A DNA stretch of 64,000 nt from Hyaloraphidium curvatum SAG 235-1 (Eukaryota; Fungi; Monoblepharomycota). The stretch spans positions 372,001-436,000 of the forward strand of contig JAIVFI010000020.1 in NCBI GenBank assembly GCA_025558095.1, written 5' to 3'. Made by a program: the position numbers and the translations under genes. Within the stretch, counting starts at the first letter, position 1; each line of letters begins with the position of its first letter. Shown piece after piece: positions 43,345 to 62,188 of the stretch. The notes under the pieces were generated by a model. That model was not told the DNA's origin, did no database searches, and worked only from the letters and a program-made list of their open reading frames with translations.

Positions 43345-44660
43345 CTATGCTCCTCCTAAAAGCTTTGCCTTCAGTGCCAGGACGGTGGCGCGCTCCGTCG
43401 GCGGCAAGGCGTCGATCTGCGCCTGCGAAAGGCTGAGGACCTGCTGGATGAGCATCGCCTGCGCAATCGGGATCAAGGTTAGAGCAGAAAGTGATGCGCA
43501 GCTTGGCGAGGTGTCACCTGTTGGGGATCCGCTATTGCCGGCTGCATCGGCGGCACCATCTGGGGCGCAATCGGCGGGGCGCCGTACGGCGGCGGCACGG
43601 CACCGGCAGGGAATGGCATCGACTGTTGCGGCATCGGAGGACGTGCAGGGAAGCCCATGGGACCGGGGGCCGGAGGAAAGGGCGCGGGTGCAGGCTGCTG
43701 CATCGTTTGCTGCGAGCGGCGTGACGATCAAAACTCGGTCCGAACGGCTGCTGCAACACGAATTCTTACCTGGACGACAGAAACGTCAATCAGGTTGGTG
43801 ACGAGCATGATTTGGAAGAGGGCGTAGCTGTGCAAATTGAGAAAATGAGCTGCCAGTGCCGAGCAATCCAAAACGGACGACACCCACGCCAACGGAGGGT
43901 TCTGTTGGAGAAGACCGCGTGCCTGGTCCGGCGAGTTGGTGGCTAGCAGCTGGAGGAACGATCACGCCAGTAAGAGGTATGCCCAGCAGGTCACGACCCC
44001 GCCCACCTTCATCTGCGCCATCAGCTCCATCAGCTGGTCGTTGGAGAACAGCGATATCGCCTTGGCAATCAGCGGATCCTGTCCCGCGGGCGCTGGAGCC
44101 GCGCCCGGCGCCGGCATGGCCTGCACCGGCGGAGGCGCCGCGACGGGCGGCGGCGCCGCGGGGGAAGGCACGAAACGCTCCTTCTCCTCCTTGTCCCGCC
44201 CGCCGCCGCCCCGATCCCGCCCGTCGCTCTCGGCAAAATCGACGCGGAGCGTGCGGCCCCCCATGTCGTAGTTGTTCAGGTTGCGGACCGCGCTCGCGGC
44301 CGTCTCGTAGTCAAAATACTCGCAGAAGCCTGTCCCGACGCCGCCACCAATGTGAGAAACCATCTTCCGAGCCTCCAAGATCGTCCGCCGGGAGCCCACC
44401 ATATCCCTTTGCCTTGCCAGTCTCGCGGTCGAAAACCAATCTGCGCCGGACGCGTCCAACACCAGCGCGAAAAGCCACGGGAATGGAGCTCACCGAAAGC
44501 CGGCCACGGGTCCCACGGTGCTGAAGATCTCCGTCAGCTGCTCCTCGGTCGTGTCGTAGGGGATGTTCCCAACGAAACACACGGCATTGCTGGAGCCTGG
44601 CACCCGCGGCGCAATCGAACGCGAGGACGCGCGGGCGGTACGGTCAGACGTTCTTTCCAT
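43345..44660 (-). CDS. RNA15: Cleavage stimulation factor 64 kDa subunit (CstF64/Rna15)
   Basis: [11 protein letters not shown]...[10 protein letters not shown]|GFCEY; hinge [10 protein letters not shown]; C-terminal [17 protein letters not shown]. Confidence 0.9.
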
Positions 44661-44766
44661 CGCGATGGGCTCGGCTCGGCTCGGGGCCACCTTTTCGAGA
44701 CATTGTGCGCCGGAGTGTGGGTGGGGGAGGGACAACGCGGCTTGCCGGACTGATCACCTCTTTTCT

Positions 44767-45857
44767 TCAGGTTCTTGCACCCGATCTAAAGGCATTCAGG
44801 TCGATCGTCACCCCCGACGCCGCCTGCGCCTCCTCCAACGAGTGCTGCGCGCCGCCCAGTCTCGCCTCGAGCGTCCGCTTCACCTCCGCCTCGAGCACCT
44901 TCTGCACCACCGCGCAGCCGTCCGCCGCCGTGTCCAGCATGGCCTCGAGGGCCTCGAGGTGGAATTTGTTCTCGGAAAGGAGGGTGACGGCCTTGGATTG
45001 GTTCCGCTTGGCCAGGGTGGCGAGGGTGATGGAGGCGCACTGGTGCGAGTTTTCTTCGAGGCTGTTGAGATCTGCGGGGGCAACGGGAGAAGTCCGGTCC
45101 ATGTTAGCGGGGAGCAGCAGAGACCATCAGCATGGTCCGCACCAAGGAGAATCTCGTGGTCCGAGAGGTACCCTGGCATCGCATCCGGGGCCGGGGCGCC
45201 CGAGGCCGTGCCCAGGAACCCCTTTGGCAGCCTCGCGGCACCGACCGTCACGGCACACACGTAGTCCGTCACCGGGATCCCGGCGTCGATGATCGCCAGC
45301 GTCGCCGCGTTCACGGCGCACGCGAGCGTCCCCCCGTCGACCTGGATCATCTGGCACGATATCCGGATCTCGGAACGGGGGAAAGCCGAGGCGATGATGA
45401 TCGGCTCCACGGTCTTCCGCAACGTGGCGGCGATTTCCACCGTTCTGCGGTCCCGGCCGCGGTTCGCACGTCCCGCGGCACCGCCGCGCTGGCCCGAAGA
45501 CTGGGCAAACGTGGGCGCGTGGAAATCGACCGTGATTTGCGCCCCACCGCCGACCGAGGGCATCGATGCGCCGTCCTCGGCGCCAGTTTGGGCTTCGAGC
45601 AGGGAAGCCGGGCCGCCAGCGGGGCCAGACCTGTTCTCCGTCGACGAGGAGGCGGCGCCCTGCCCCTCCCGGCGACGATCGCGCTCCTTCGGGCCGTAGA
45701 CCGTGCACAGACAGCGCGTATTGCCCATCTGCACGTAGGCCGAGCCGTCTGCCCGCGGGAGCACGCCCGTGCGGGCGCTGAGCCTGCGGAGCTCCTTGGG
45801 CCGCCGGCCGTCCAGGCGCAGGCCCTCGAGCGATATGAGGTCCTTCCGGTCCTCCAT
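44767..45857 (-). CDS. RRP41: Exosome complex RNase PH subunit Rrp41
   Basis: GLRLDGRRPKELR, ADGSAY, VYGP, FPRSEI, DGG..ACAVNA..LA..DAGIP, D.N..EE; one intron. Confidence 0.92.
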
Positions 45858-46023
45858 CGACCCGATGCGATGGAAAGAGATGGAAACAAAGGGGGGCTAT
45901 GGCCTCAACAGGAACGAGGAGGAGGACGCGTTGACGACACTCGAGCAGCACGGCGACAGAAAGAGTGACGCGTTTCTGCCATCACATCCACGCGATCGCA
46001 CGCTCGCGCAGGCCCGATTCGCG

Positions 46024-49000
46024 ATGGCCGATCCGGCACCGCCAGCCGCGGAGCCCATTCCGCCTCCCGCCGCCCCGGCGGAATCGCCATCGCCGCCCGC
46101 GGACGCGTCGCCGCCCCGCGCCGCACCGTCCCCGGCCGCCCCGCCCGCGCCGAACACCGCGGTCGCGCCGGACGCGTCGCAGGCCGCGGCGCCGCCTGCG
46201 CAGCCTGCTGACAGTGCGCCCGCTGCGGCGGCGCCCCCGGATGCCGCCGAGCAGCCCGCGGCGCCCGCATCGGAGTCCGCCACGGCACACGCGCCCGCCC
46301 CGGAACCAGCTGCCCCGGCAGCGGAGCCTGCGACCCCGGTCACGCCAGAAAATCTGTACGCCCAGGCGGTCTGGAACTACGCAGCCCTCGAGGACAACGA
46401 AATAAGCTTCGCGCAGGGGGAATACGTGCTCGTGCTGCTCAGGGCAAACGCGGACTGGTGGGAGGGCATCAACCTGAGCGTGCCGGACAGCAAACCGGGC
46501 TACTTCCCCGCGAACCGCGTCAAGCTCCTTCCCGGACCCCCGCCCGGTGTCGCCCTCCCTGCGCCCGGTGGTGCTCCCTCGGCGGAAGCGGTAGCAGCTG
46601 CATCTCCGCCAGAAGAACCTCCCGCGGCGGCAAGTCCCGATGTGACGCCTCCCGCACCGACATCAGCGCAAACTCTGCCTCCGGTTGTCGCTGCAATCGC
46701 TGCAGCCTCGGAGCCGCCGGCGGCGCAGACGGAGGCCGCTGCCGACAAGTCAGAAAAGCCTGCCGAACCGGCGCCCACCGCTGGCCCGCCCGAAGTTCCC
46801 GGCGACGCGACGAAGCCCGAGCCGGCGGCATCGCCCGAGGCTGAAGCACGTGTCGCCGAGGCCCAAGTTGCGGCGCACCCTGCTGCGGCGGAAACGATTC
46901 CCGCCGCTGTCAGCGAAGCCCCGGTCGCGGCGGAACAGCCCGCGCCTGCCGCCGAGGTGCCTGCTGGTGAAGTTGTGGAAGCGGAGAAGCTGCCGGCGGA
47001 AACGGAGGTGACACTGGGCCCGGAACCCTCCGGAGCGGAGCCACCGGAAGGAGCTTCTGCCGAGGGGGAGGCGCATGGCGAGGCGGAGCAGGCACCCGCG
47101 GAAGGACAAGTGGATGCGGAGCCGATCCAAGGCGAAGGCGAACAGGCCGACGCCACCGCGGCGCCGCAAGAGGTCACGGACCCCGAGGAGCTCCTGGACA
47201 CGGACGGCAACCCGCTGCCCCCCGACTGGCGCAAGGTTTGGCGGGACGAGGACCAGGCGTTCTACTACTTCAACGTCGTGACGGAGGAGACGAGCTGGGA
47301 CATTCCCGGCAAGGTTGCAGCTGCGGACGGGGTTCCCGAGACGACAGATTCGCAGGAGTCGCTCGAGTCGATCACGGCCACGGTGGGTCTTTTCTTGCCG
47401 TGTCTGCCATGTCTGCACCTCACCCGCTTCGTTCGTTGCAGCTCCCGCCCAACTGGGAAGCCGTGCGCGACGACAGCGGCAACCTGTACTACTACAACAG
47501 CGCCACCGAGCAGACCTCGTGGGACGTGCCCCCGGCCGACGGCTCGGAAACCACGCCCGTCAGCGGCACCGACTCGGCAGGCCCGTCGCCGATGGCCAGC
47601 CAGGCCAGCATGGACTACTCGGCCGCAACTGGGCCGCCGCTGCCCCCGCGATCGCACCCGCCGGCGCAGTTCCTGACGTTCGAAGCCATCCCGCCCAACC
47701 TGGTGCTGGCCGCGGGACCGGTGCTCGTCAGGCTGCAGGGGGGCGAGGACAGGCGGTTGAGCAAGGATTGGATTCCTTTCTGGGGCGCCGCGATCAGGGG
47801 AGCTCTGGTTCTGTTCACCGTGGCGCCCCAGGGTCAGGTACGTTCCGCCATGCCTCCCAGCACCGCGCTTCCTTACCTGGGCCATTCCACCAGAAATTCT
47901 TCTACTCCTGGGTCGACCTTTCGCAGGCGCAATGGCGGCAGGCGACCAAGGACGACACCAAGAAGCGGAACGCCCTCTTCTTCGAGAACCCCGGGAGGGC
48001 CGGCTACGTCCTCCGCACCGAGGACGATGCCGAGTTCGCCAGGTTTTACCAAGCGTTCCCTCTGGCTTGCACGCCGTTTGGACCCGCCGAGCTTGGTGGG
48101 GATCGTGCAGCCTTTTGCCCGACAGTCCGATCTGACGTCAGCTGCGCGCCGCAGAGCTTGTGGCAAAGGTCAAGGAGCTCGCTGCGTTCCTGGAGATGCA
48201 GGGCGACCACGCCGGCGTCAAGAAGGAAAAGAGCGCGTGGAAGAGTATGGGCGGGCTGTTTGCGCAGCTCGGGGGGAAGTCCAGCGGCGACATTCCGCCG
48301 CCGGCCGTCCGCAAGCCCCTGCCCGAGACGCCTCCGGCGCCACAGGGTGAGCGATGGTCGAGTGACACGCCTTGAATGCTCCTGACTGAATGCCTGCGTA
48401 GTCTTCATCCCGCCCTACGCCTGCTTCGGAGGCCGCATCCCGGACCAGGTCGCCAAGCAGCAGCGCAAGATACCCTACATCGTCGAGACTTGCATCGGCG
48501 AAGTCGATGGGCGGGGGTTGCAGTCGGAGGGCATCTACCGCGTAAGCGGCAACGCCGCGAACGTGCAGCGGCTCAAGGTTCTGTTCAACTCCCGTGGGTT
48601 GCGCCAATCGGGTAGCCGTGATTGCGCCCTCATGCAATTGCAGAGGATTGCCCGGCCCTCCCCGTGGAAGATTCCCCCATCGACATCAACTCGATCGCGT
48701 CGCTACTGAAGGCGTACTTCCGCGAGCTCGCCAACCCGTTGATACCGTTCGAAACCTACGAGGACTTCCTGAACGCCGTCCGTAAGTGCAGCTTGTACCC
48801 CGAATGGTTCTCAGCTGATTCATCTCTACCCAAGGGCTCCCGTCGCGCGACATGAAGCTGAGCCAGATCAAGGACCTCGTGCAGTCCATGGCTGCCGGTT
48901 TCCAGGCGCACTACAACGTGCTGGAGTATCTCATGCGGCACCTGCAGCGCGTACAGGCGCAGTCCGACGTGAACAAAATGGAACCGTCGAACCTCGCCAT

Positions 49001-49213
49001 TGTCTTCGGGTGGGTGCAGCGGCGAGAACTGTCTTGCTTGTAGCTCAACGATCTTCCAGGCCCACGATCTTGAAATCTCCCGCGGAAAACGCAGGGAATG
49101 TGGAAATCATGAACATCCCGCTGCAGAATGAGCTGGTCGAGCTCATGGTGGAAACATGCGACTGGCTTTTCGACGTGAGCGACTGCACACGGACCGCGAC
49201 CATGCATTGCTGA
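46024..49213 (+). CDS. SH3-WW-WW-PH-RhoGAP protein (ARHGAP12/27-like)
   Basis: SH3 (ISF..GE...DWWEG...GYFPANRV); two WW domains (LPPDW...YYFN..T.ETSWDIP); PH; GAP EGIYRVSG, LLKAYFREL..PL, NKM...NLAIVFG|PT. Exact stop uncertain. Confidence 0.88.
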
Positions 49214-49262
49214 CTGGACTGCATGCAGGGACAAAGCACCTGATCGTGGTTCGCAGTCTATT

Positions 49263-52903
<3,641 letters not shown>

Positions 52904-53143
52904 TTGCCGGTGGCGGGTAACTCGGGGCCCGAGGTCTACGCGACCGGCGTGCCGCGGCCGACCATCGCGGTCAAAGGAAAACAACGTGGATTTCCGCTCC
53001 TATCGTCAGCGAGCGGGTCTGGGAAGTTCCAGCAATGCAATGTGCCACGTTTCCGCGGCAGCCGCAGCAGCCGTCGCCCGCGCTCGTGCGTACGCCGCGC
53101 GACCCCGTCCGTCTCAGAGGCAGGACCCAGCGCACTCTCCAGT

Positions 53144-53631
53144 ATGGCCAATCGAGAGCTTCGTCGGAAGGTCGTCGATCAGTACAGGCAGTTCCTCTAC
53201 CTCGTGGGCAGGCCCCTAAGCCCGCCCGGATTCGGCCCTTCTCACCGATTCCTCGTCCCACCACCTGCTTCGCTTCTTTCCACCGATTCCTTCCCACGGC
53301 CAGGCCAAGGACTACCCCGCTGGAGAGGCGTACCTCAAGTCCCGGGCCAAAACCGCCTTCGCGAAAAATGCGTCGCTAAAGGATCCGGCGGAGATCCAGA
53401 AGGCGCTCGACCGGGGAGCGTTCGTGATACGCGAGATCGAGGCGTTATACGCCCTGCGCAAGTATAGAACGTTGAGAGCGCGGCGAGTCCTAGTAGGCGG
53501 CATGGCGGGCGGTCCAGTAATCCCGTCCTGGTCACAGCTATTCCGACGAGGAACAAGGAAGAGTCACGCTCGCTTCGATCCTGGCCGCGTCGGAAAAGGA
53601 CGACAGGGGAAACGTTCCCGGGGCCTCTTGA
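53144..53631 (+). CDS. LYR-motif protein, ETFRF1/LYRM5-like
   Basis: LRRKVVDQYRQFLYL|AKDYP...AF.KN...RG.FV.REIEALY.LRKYR; the second intron appears to be GC-AG. Confidence 0.82.
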
Positions 53632-53638
53632 TTGTCGT

Positions 53639-56650
<3,012 letters not shown>

Positions 56651-56798
56651 TTCCCGAGCCCGTGATCTTCTGCGCGGCAGAAGTCTCCGCCGCTGCAACG
56701 AATCGTCCCCGGCCTGCCCTCGGCCGATCTCTGAACAAGACCGGCCGCCGCGCGCGCGTGATATAGCATCTCAGAACCGCGGGACCGAGCAGACCGCG

Positions 56799-57488
56799 AT
56801 GTCAGAGGTGCGCTGGAAGACGGTGACGAAGCCGCCGAGGCTGCGGCAGACGCGGATCGCGGCACTGGAATTGCATGCTTCGGTTCGGAGGAAGGACTCG
56901 GCGAAGAAGGGGCCGCAACTGCCGAACCGCAAGCAGGTCAGACTGGACCGCTTCCTCAAGAGCACGCCCCCGGCAACGACCGTGTCTAAGGCGGGACGCG
57001 GCAAGAGGAAGCGAGCCATTGACGAGAATGAGGTCGGAGAGACATTGGACGAACCGGATCGAAGCGGAGTTGAGGACCGTCGTGTCGAACCGCGGACTCC
57101 AGAGCCGGTCCAGCGGCCAGGGCGCTGCGTGAGTGCAAAACGGACTCCCCCCGCGGTTTCGGGGCAGCCCTTGGTGCCGTTCGCCTCGCCGCAACGGCGG
57201 AGCCCCCTGGGATCGCCACGGACATCACCCGGGGATTGCTCCCCAAGCGTGCTTCAGCCGCGAAACTTGGGACAAGGCTTTCCGAGCCGGATTCAGCAAA
57301 GCCCGCTGGGAGCGGCCTCTGGCGCGCCTTCTCCCGGGCGCTCCGCCAGTGGATCTGTTAGATCGTCGCCGGCACGATCACCGAGAACTAGCGGTGGCGC
57401 AGAGAGCCAGGGCTTGGATACGGCGGCTGAGGCTTCGTACCTGCTAGGCATTTTCGACGAGGACACGCCAGATGTGTTTTTCGAGTGA
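56799..57488 (+). CDS. Hypothetical basic/Ser-Pro-rich protein with PIP-box-like motif
   Basis: 229-aa ORF filling the gap between CUL2 and the PDI gene; QVRLDRFL, NLS-like KRKR, many SP sites. Confidence 0.5.
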   Translation: MSEVRWKTVTKPPRLRQTRIAALELHASVRRKDSAKKGPQLPNRKQVRLDRFLKSTPPATTVSKAGRGKRKRAIDENEVGETLDEPDRSGVEDRRVEPRTPEPVQRPGRCVSAKRTPPAVSGQPLVPFASPQRRSPLGSPRTSPGDCSPSVLQPRNLGQGFPSRIQQSPLGAASGAPSPGRSASGSVRSSPARSPRTSGGAESQGLDTAAEASYLLGIFDEDTPDVFFE

Positions 57489-57564
57489 GGAGGGAAGCAG
57501 GAAGGGAAATGATTGCCACGTTGCGCACAGCCCCCGTCCTCGGCGTTCCTTGCAACTCTTCGAG

Positions 57565-59207
57565 ATGCCTCGTCCATACGGAGCCCTCGCGGCCGTCCTC
57601 GGCGCGCTGACTCTCTCGAGCGCGGTCTCCGCGCTGTATTCTCCGTCGGACGGGGTCGTCACGCTCGGCCAGGCGGGATTCCAGCGGGAAGTTCTGGGGT
57701 CCCCGGAGGTCGTCCTCGCCGAGGTGCGGAGCTCCATTCAGCCCTCCAGGCCGCCCGGCTCTGACGGAAAGACCCGTATCCTCAGTTCTTTGCCCCGTGG
57801 TGCGGCCACTGCCAACGATTGGTGCCGGACTACAAGAAAGCTGGTGCGTCCTCGCGCTCGCGACGGACTCTCGCTCGTGTTGACCACCGCCAACAGCTCA
57901 GAGCCTCAAGGGCTTGGTCAAAACCGTCGCCATCGATTGCGATGATGCTGCAAATCGGGGACTTTGCAGCGCTCAGGGCATTCAGGGTTGGTTACGCTCA
58001 CCCCGGCGTACTCAGGGCGGACCTTGATTCCACACGCTTCCGACACAGGCTTCCCGACGATCAAGGTCTTTTCTCCGACGCCGGACAAGTCGGACAAGAC
58101 CAAATTCAAGAAGATCACGTCGGGTGGGGGGCTCCAGGGCGCGTGTTGATCGAATTCTGGAGTCTGACGTCGGCGGCAGACTACCAGGGCGCGAGGAGCG
58201 CAGACGCGATGTCCGACTTTGCCATTTCTAAGCTTCCGACTTTCCTTGTGAACAGAATTGGGACGAGCGGGGTGTCGCTGGAGCAGTTCCTGGAAGACAG
58301 GCCATCGCTGCCGCGAGCCGTCTTGGTTTCGAACCGCAAAGCGACTCCTCCCCTATGGAAGGCGCTTTCGACGCAGTTTCACAACCGGATTGTCTTCGGT
58401 GAAGCCCGGTCTGATGGAGATTCGGTCGCCTCGGAGGCGATCGCCAAGTGGGGCGTGACGGACTTCCCCGGCGTCATTCTCTACCCTACGAACGAAACCG
58501 AGTTCGTCAAGTACGATGGTTGGGCCCTCTTTTTTCGACCCTTCTCGCGTTGCCTGACTCCCGATCGCCTGACTCTCGATCAGGGCAAATGAAGCACGCT
58601 GCCTTGACCCAGTTCTTTGCCAAGTACGCCCCATCTTCCAAATCCTCCAAAGGCTCGGATCAGGAGCCGAAGAAGCCGGAAGAAGAGCGCCCGCCATGTG
58701 AGTCGTGGTGATAGCCTGATTCCGAACCGCATCTCACAAGCTGGTCCCTTGACAGTCGACCCCAATGTCTATGAGGTGACGGACCAAGCAGCCCTGGACA
58801 AGTACTTGGCAACTCCGGGTATCACAGTCGTTGCTTTTGTCAACCTGGAACCTGAGTATGAGGAGAGCGTCGCAGCGCAGAAGGCCAGCGTTGAGATGCT
58901 GGCGAAGCTGAAGGAGAAGTTCTACAAAAGGAACGGCCCTTTCGGAAGCTTCGTCTGGATCAACGCCATCGAACGCGGGCGCAAGCTCATGAATGACTTT
59001 AGTGTGAGCGACATGCTCCCGAGTCTGATGATCATCCACGACAAGAAGAAGGTTTACCGTGTACACCGCGAGGCCTTTGAGCTTGAGTCTGTGCATGGCT
59101 TTTTGGGTGAGGTCTGGCAGGGCAAAGGACGTTTCTTCAAGTACGACTTTCCTCCGAAGCTGGACGCGGCCAAGAAGGAGAAGGGGGTGGCAAAGGACGA
59201 GCTCTAG
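57565..59207 (+). CDS. ER protein disulfide isomerase (PDIA6/Mpd1-like)
   Basis: Signal peptide, FFAPWCGHC, GFPTIK, DYQGARSA, C-terminal KDEL; several introns. Confidence 0.92.
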
Positions 59208-59224
59208 TTCCGTGTAAGAACACG

Positions 59225-60673
59225 CTAGATTGCTTCGGCGAAGAAGTCCTTTGTCGATTTGCACGTCTCGTTCGTGCACTTTGGGCACCGCAGCTTGAAC
59301 TGCTTGGTCGACGCCACGTCCGATGCCAGGTGCTTTGCCACGATGTCGCCCATCGCCTGGACGAAAACCGGGTCGTCGTTCAGGGACTCGGCGCGCTTCA
59401 AGTTCGTGATTCCGACCTGCCGATCGCGACGGTCAGCGGAACATGTGCAGATCCAGGCGAGCAGACAACTCACCTCGTGCGCCAGTTCGCCGTACTCAAG
59501 ATCCAGCTCGTACAGTGTCTCGATGTGGTCCGAGGTAAAGGCGATGGGCACGAGGAGGACGTTCTTGATGCCACGCTTCCCCAGCCCCTCCAGGGTTCCA
59601 GCAGTGTCTGGACCGAGCCACGCCGCGGGTCCGACTTTCGATTGCCAGACCAGGCGGTACGGGTTCGAAAAGTGGAGCCGCTCCATGACCGCGTGTACAG
59701 TGGCGGCGACCTCCTGCGGGTAGGGATCTCCGCGATTTACGACCGACATGGGCAGGGAGTGCGCCGAGAAGAGAATGATCACGCTGTCACGCTCGGCGGG
59801 GTCGTACTCGGCCAGCTTGGCCTGGATCCTCCGCGTGAAGGCCTGAACGCCAGGATTGTTGGCCCCAGAAAGTAAACGAACGACTCGCAAACGGCTCACA
59901 TCAATCAGACCAGGGTGTGTCGGCCACCGATCGATCACGCTCCATTTTATCGACTCGGCCCCCTCAAAGTCCCGAAGAAGACGAAAAAGGTGGTTGAGAC
60001 TGCTTCCGGTGGTCGAGCACGAGTACTGGGGATATTGAGTGAAGGCAACGGCGCGCTGCACCCCGTCCGCCTTCATCTCCTCCAGAGCGTGTTCGGTGAG
60101 CGGTGGGGCGTAGCGGAAGGCCGTGTAAGCCTTGTGCGGCGCTGCACAACAGCACGAGGAGGTCAAGAAACCACGACCATGAAAAACTTTTCGTCCGCTC
60201 ACCGGTCTCGGGGCTGAGGGTGTCCAGAAGCTTCGTCAGCATCGCGCCCTGCTTCTTCGTCCAATCGCCGATCGGGGAGCCTCCGCCGATCTTTGCGTAC
60301 TGCTCCCTAATCTTTGGTGTCCTCCGTTTTGCGATCCAGGGTGCCAAGGTCGGTTGGAACGGGATTGGGATGAGGTCGGGGTCCGAGAAGAGCCTGTTGA
60401 GGAACGGCCCGACTTCGTCCAGGTTCGGCGGCCCTCCCTGGGAGGGAAGAAAGAGTAAGCTCAAGGACATACTTGCACGAACGCTGGAAGACCCACCATG
60501 TTCATCATTACGATGGCAGTCGGCGGTTTCGAGGAGCTAGAAGGGCCCTCAGCGGAGGAAGTCGTGGCGAGTCCGCGGGCCATCAAAGGCTGTAGGTGCC
60601 TCATTCGCCGTCCTGCAAGCATGTCTGCTGTCGGCAGCGAGCGTGGCAGGCAGCGTACGAGCTTCGTTGGCAT
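59225..60673 (-). CDS. HEM15: Ferrochelatase, mitochondrial
   Basis: MNM|[55 protein letters not shown]; C-terminal RCPKC...C. Alternative start at 60622. Confidence 0.96.
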
Positions 60674-60746
60674 TTTTCGCGTGCAGCGTCGGGAAAGCGG
60701 ATCGGGACGGCTCCGGCCATCAAATCGTCCCGTCTCAAAAGGCTCA

Positions 60747-61529
60747 ATGGCGGACCTCGATTTCATTCGTGCGCGGCTGTTGTCCGTCGAGTCCCGAATA
60801 CATGGCGACGCGTTGCCGACACCCGCCTCCTCGGAGGCGGCGGGATCGGCCGGACTTGGGACGCGTGTAGCGACCCTCCAACGGCTGCTGGCACGCGAGC
60901 TCCAGGCGCGTCCGGACGTCCAACAGTTCGTTGCTAAACGTGAGGATTGGGCTCTTAGCTCAGAGCGTCATCTTTGAGGTGGCAGAGAGGCTGACTGGGC
61001 TCCGTGCGGCTGTGGAAGTGGAATCTCTACGCGACATCCTCTCCAACGAAACGGCGGCCCTGGTTTCCCCCGATGTGCTGCCCGTTCAGGCGCAGCTGGA
61101 GCTGATCACGGACGGCTTGGAGGAGTATGCCAAGATTGCCGAGCAGCTGAAGCAGATCGACGAGGCGCGATCGGTCCTGGACAAACCGCTCCTGGAACGT
61201 GGGTCGAGGCGGGCTGCGGACGCCCCCCGGTTCTCAAGGCACCGCTGGATTTGCTTCAGCGATCCTTCCACATGCTCCCAGATTGGCAGCTTTGGAGAAG
61301 AACCAGGCGACGCAGGCCGAGGAGGTTGCCGAGGTCGCGCGACAGCTCCGGGGCATCATGGCGGACTACAACGCCTTCGTGGGTGTTGCGCACCGCCTTC
61401 AGACATACTGCCGATGCTGACTCGTGGGTCTCGAAGGTTCAAACCACCTCGGAGATCTTCATCGGACTCCATCAGACGCTGAGTTCGATTGAGAGGGCGG
61501 TGGCCCGTGCGAATCGAGGACAGAGTTGA
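60747..61529 (+). CDS. Dynactin subunit 3 (p22/p24)-like
   Basis: Coiled-coil protein RL..VESRIHG...QLELI...AEQLKQI...YNAF|VQTTSEIF; three introns. Confidence 0.65.
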
Positions 61530-61616
61530 GAATTTGGAAACGATGCCATCCTCACTGTAATTCAGAATACTTGAATGATACCTTCTTTGTCGTCACCGCG
61601 AAAACAACCAACCAGA

Positions 61617-61941
61617 ATGGACAGCCAACAGCAGTACGGCGCCGGCTCCGCGGGCATGGCGGGACAGCAACCGCGCCGTAACGAGGTCATCTACATCTGC
61701 GGAGGTCTGGTTCCCCCCTTCTCGCCGTCGGGAACCCGTGCCGACGGACATCTCTTTGCGGGCAGACTGCGCGGTGGAGAACGAGATCAAGCAGAAGGAA
61801 CCGATCCGGTGCAAGGAGTGCGGGTATCGCATCATGTACAAGAAGCGGACAAGGAGGATGGTCCAGTTTGAGTGGGTGCGAGGCGCCCAGGGAGGGATGG
61901 CGGGATCTGACCGTTGCCGGCTCGTCCGCAGGGCGCGATGA
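61617..61941 (+). CDS. RPB12: RNA polymerases I/II/III shared subunit RPABC4
   Basis: YICG|DC..EN...[16 protein letters not shown]...QFE|AR; two introns. Confidence 0.95.
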
Positions 61942-62188
61942 GGCCTCGAATGTCGGAGGAGGCGAACATTTTCTTTGGCACGGGACAGAGGAAAGCCGGA
62001 TTCGGGTTGCGCCTCGTTGAACCATCGCGTGGACGTTTGGGAAGCAAGCTGCGGAGAGGGACGCGTTGCCGGTTCCCTGCCACCACGGGGACCGGAGCGC
62101 TCTCTTGGCGGAAGCTGACACTTCAACGGCATTTAGAATTATAGGGTCTCATGGCAGTTTACAGGTGGAGGTGCGGGGTATGGGGGTG

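Noticed and set aside
57565-59207. Selenoprotein (UGA recoding) in the redox gene
   Set aside because: The active site is a normal WCGHC, and no gene model in the window requires an in-frame TGA.
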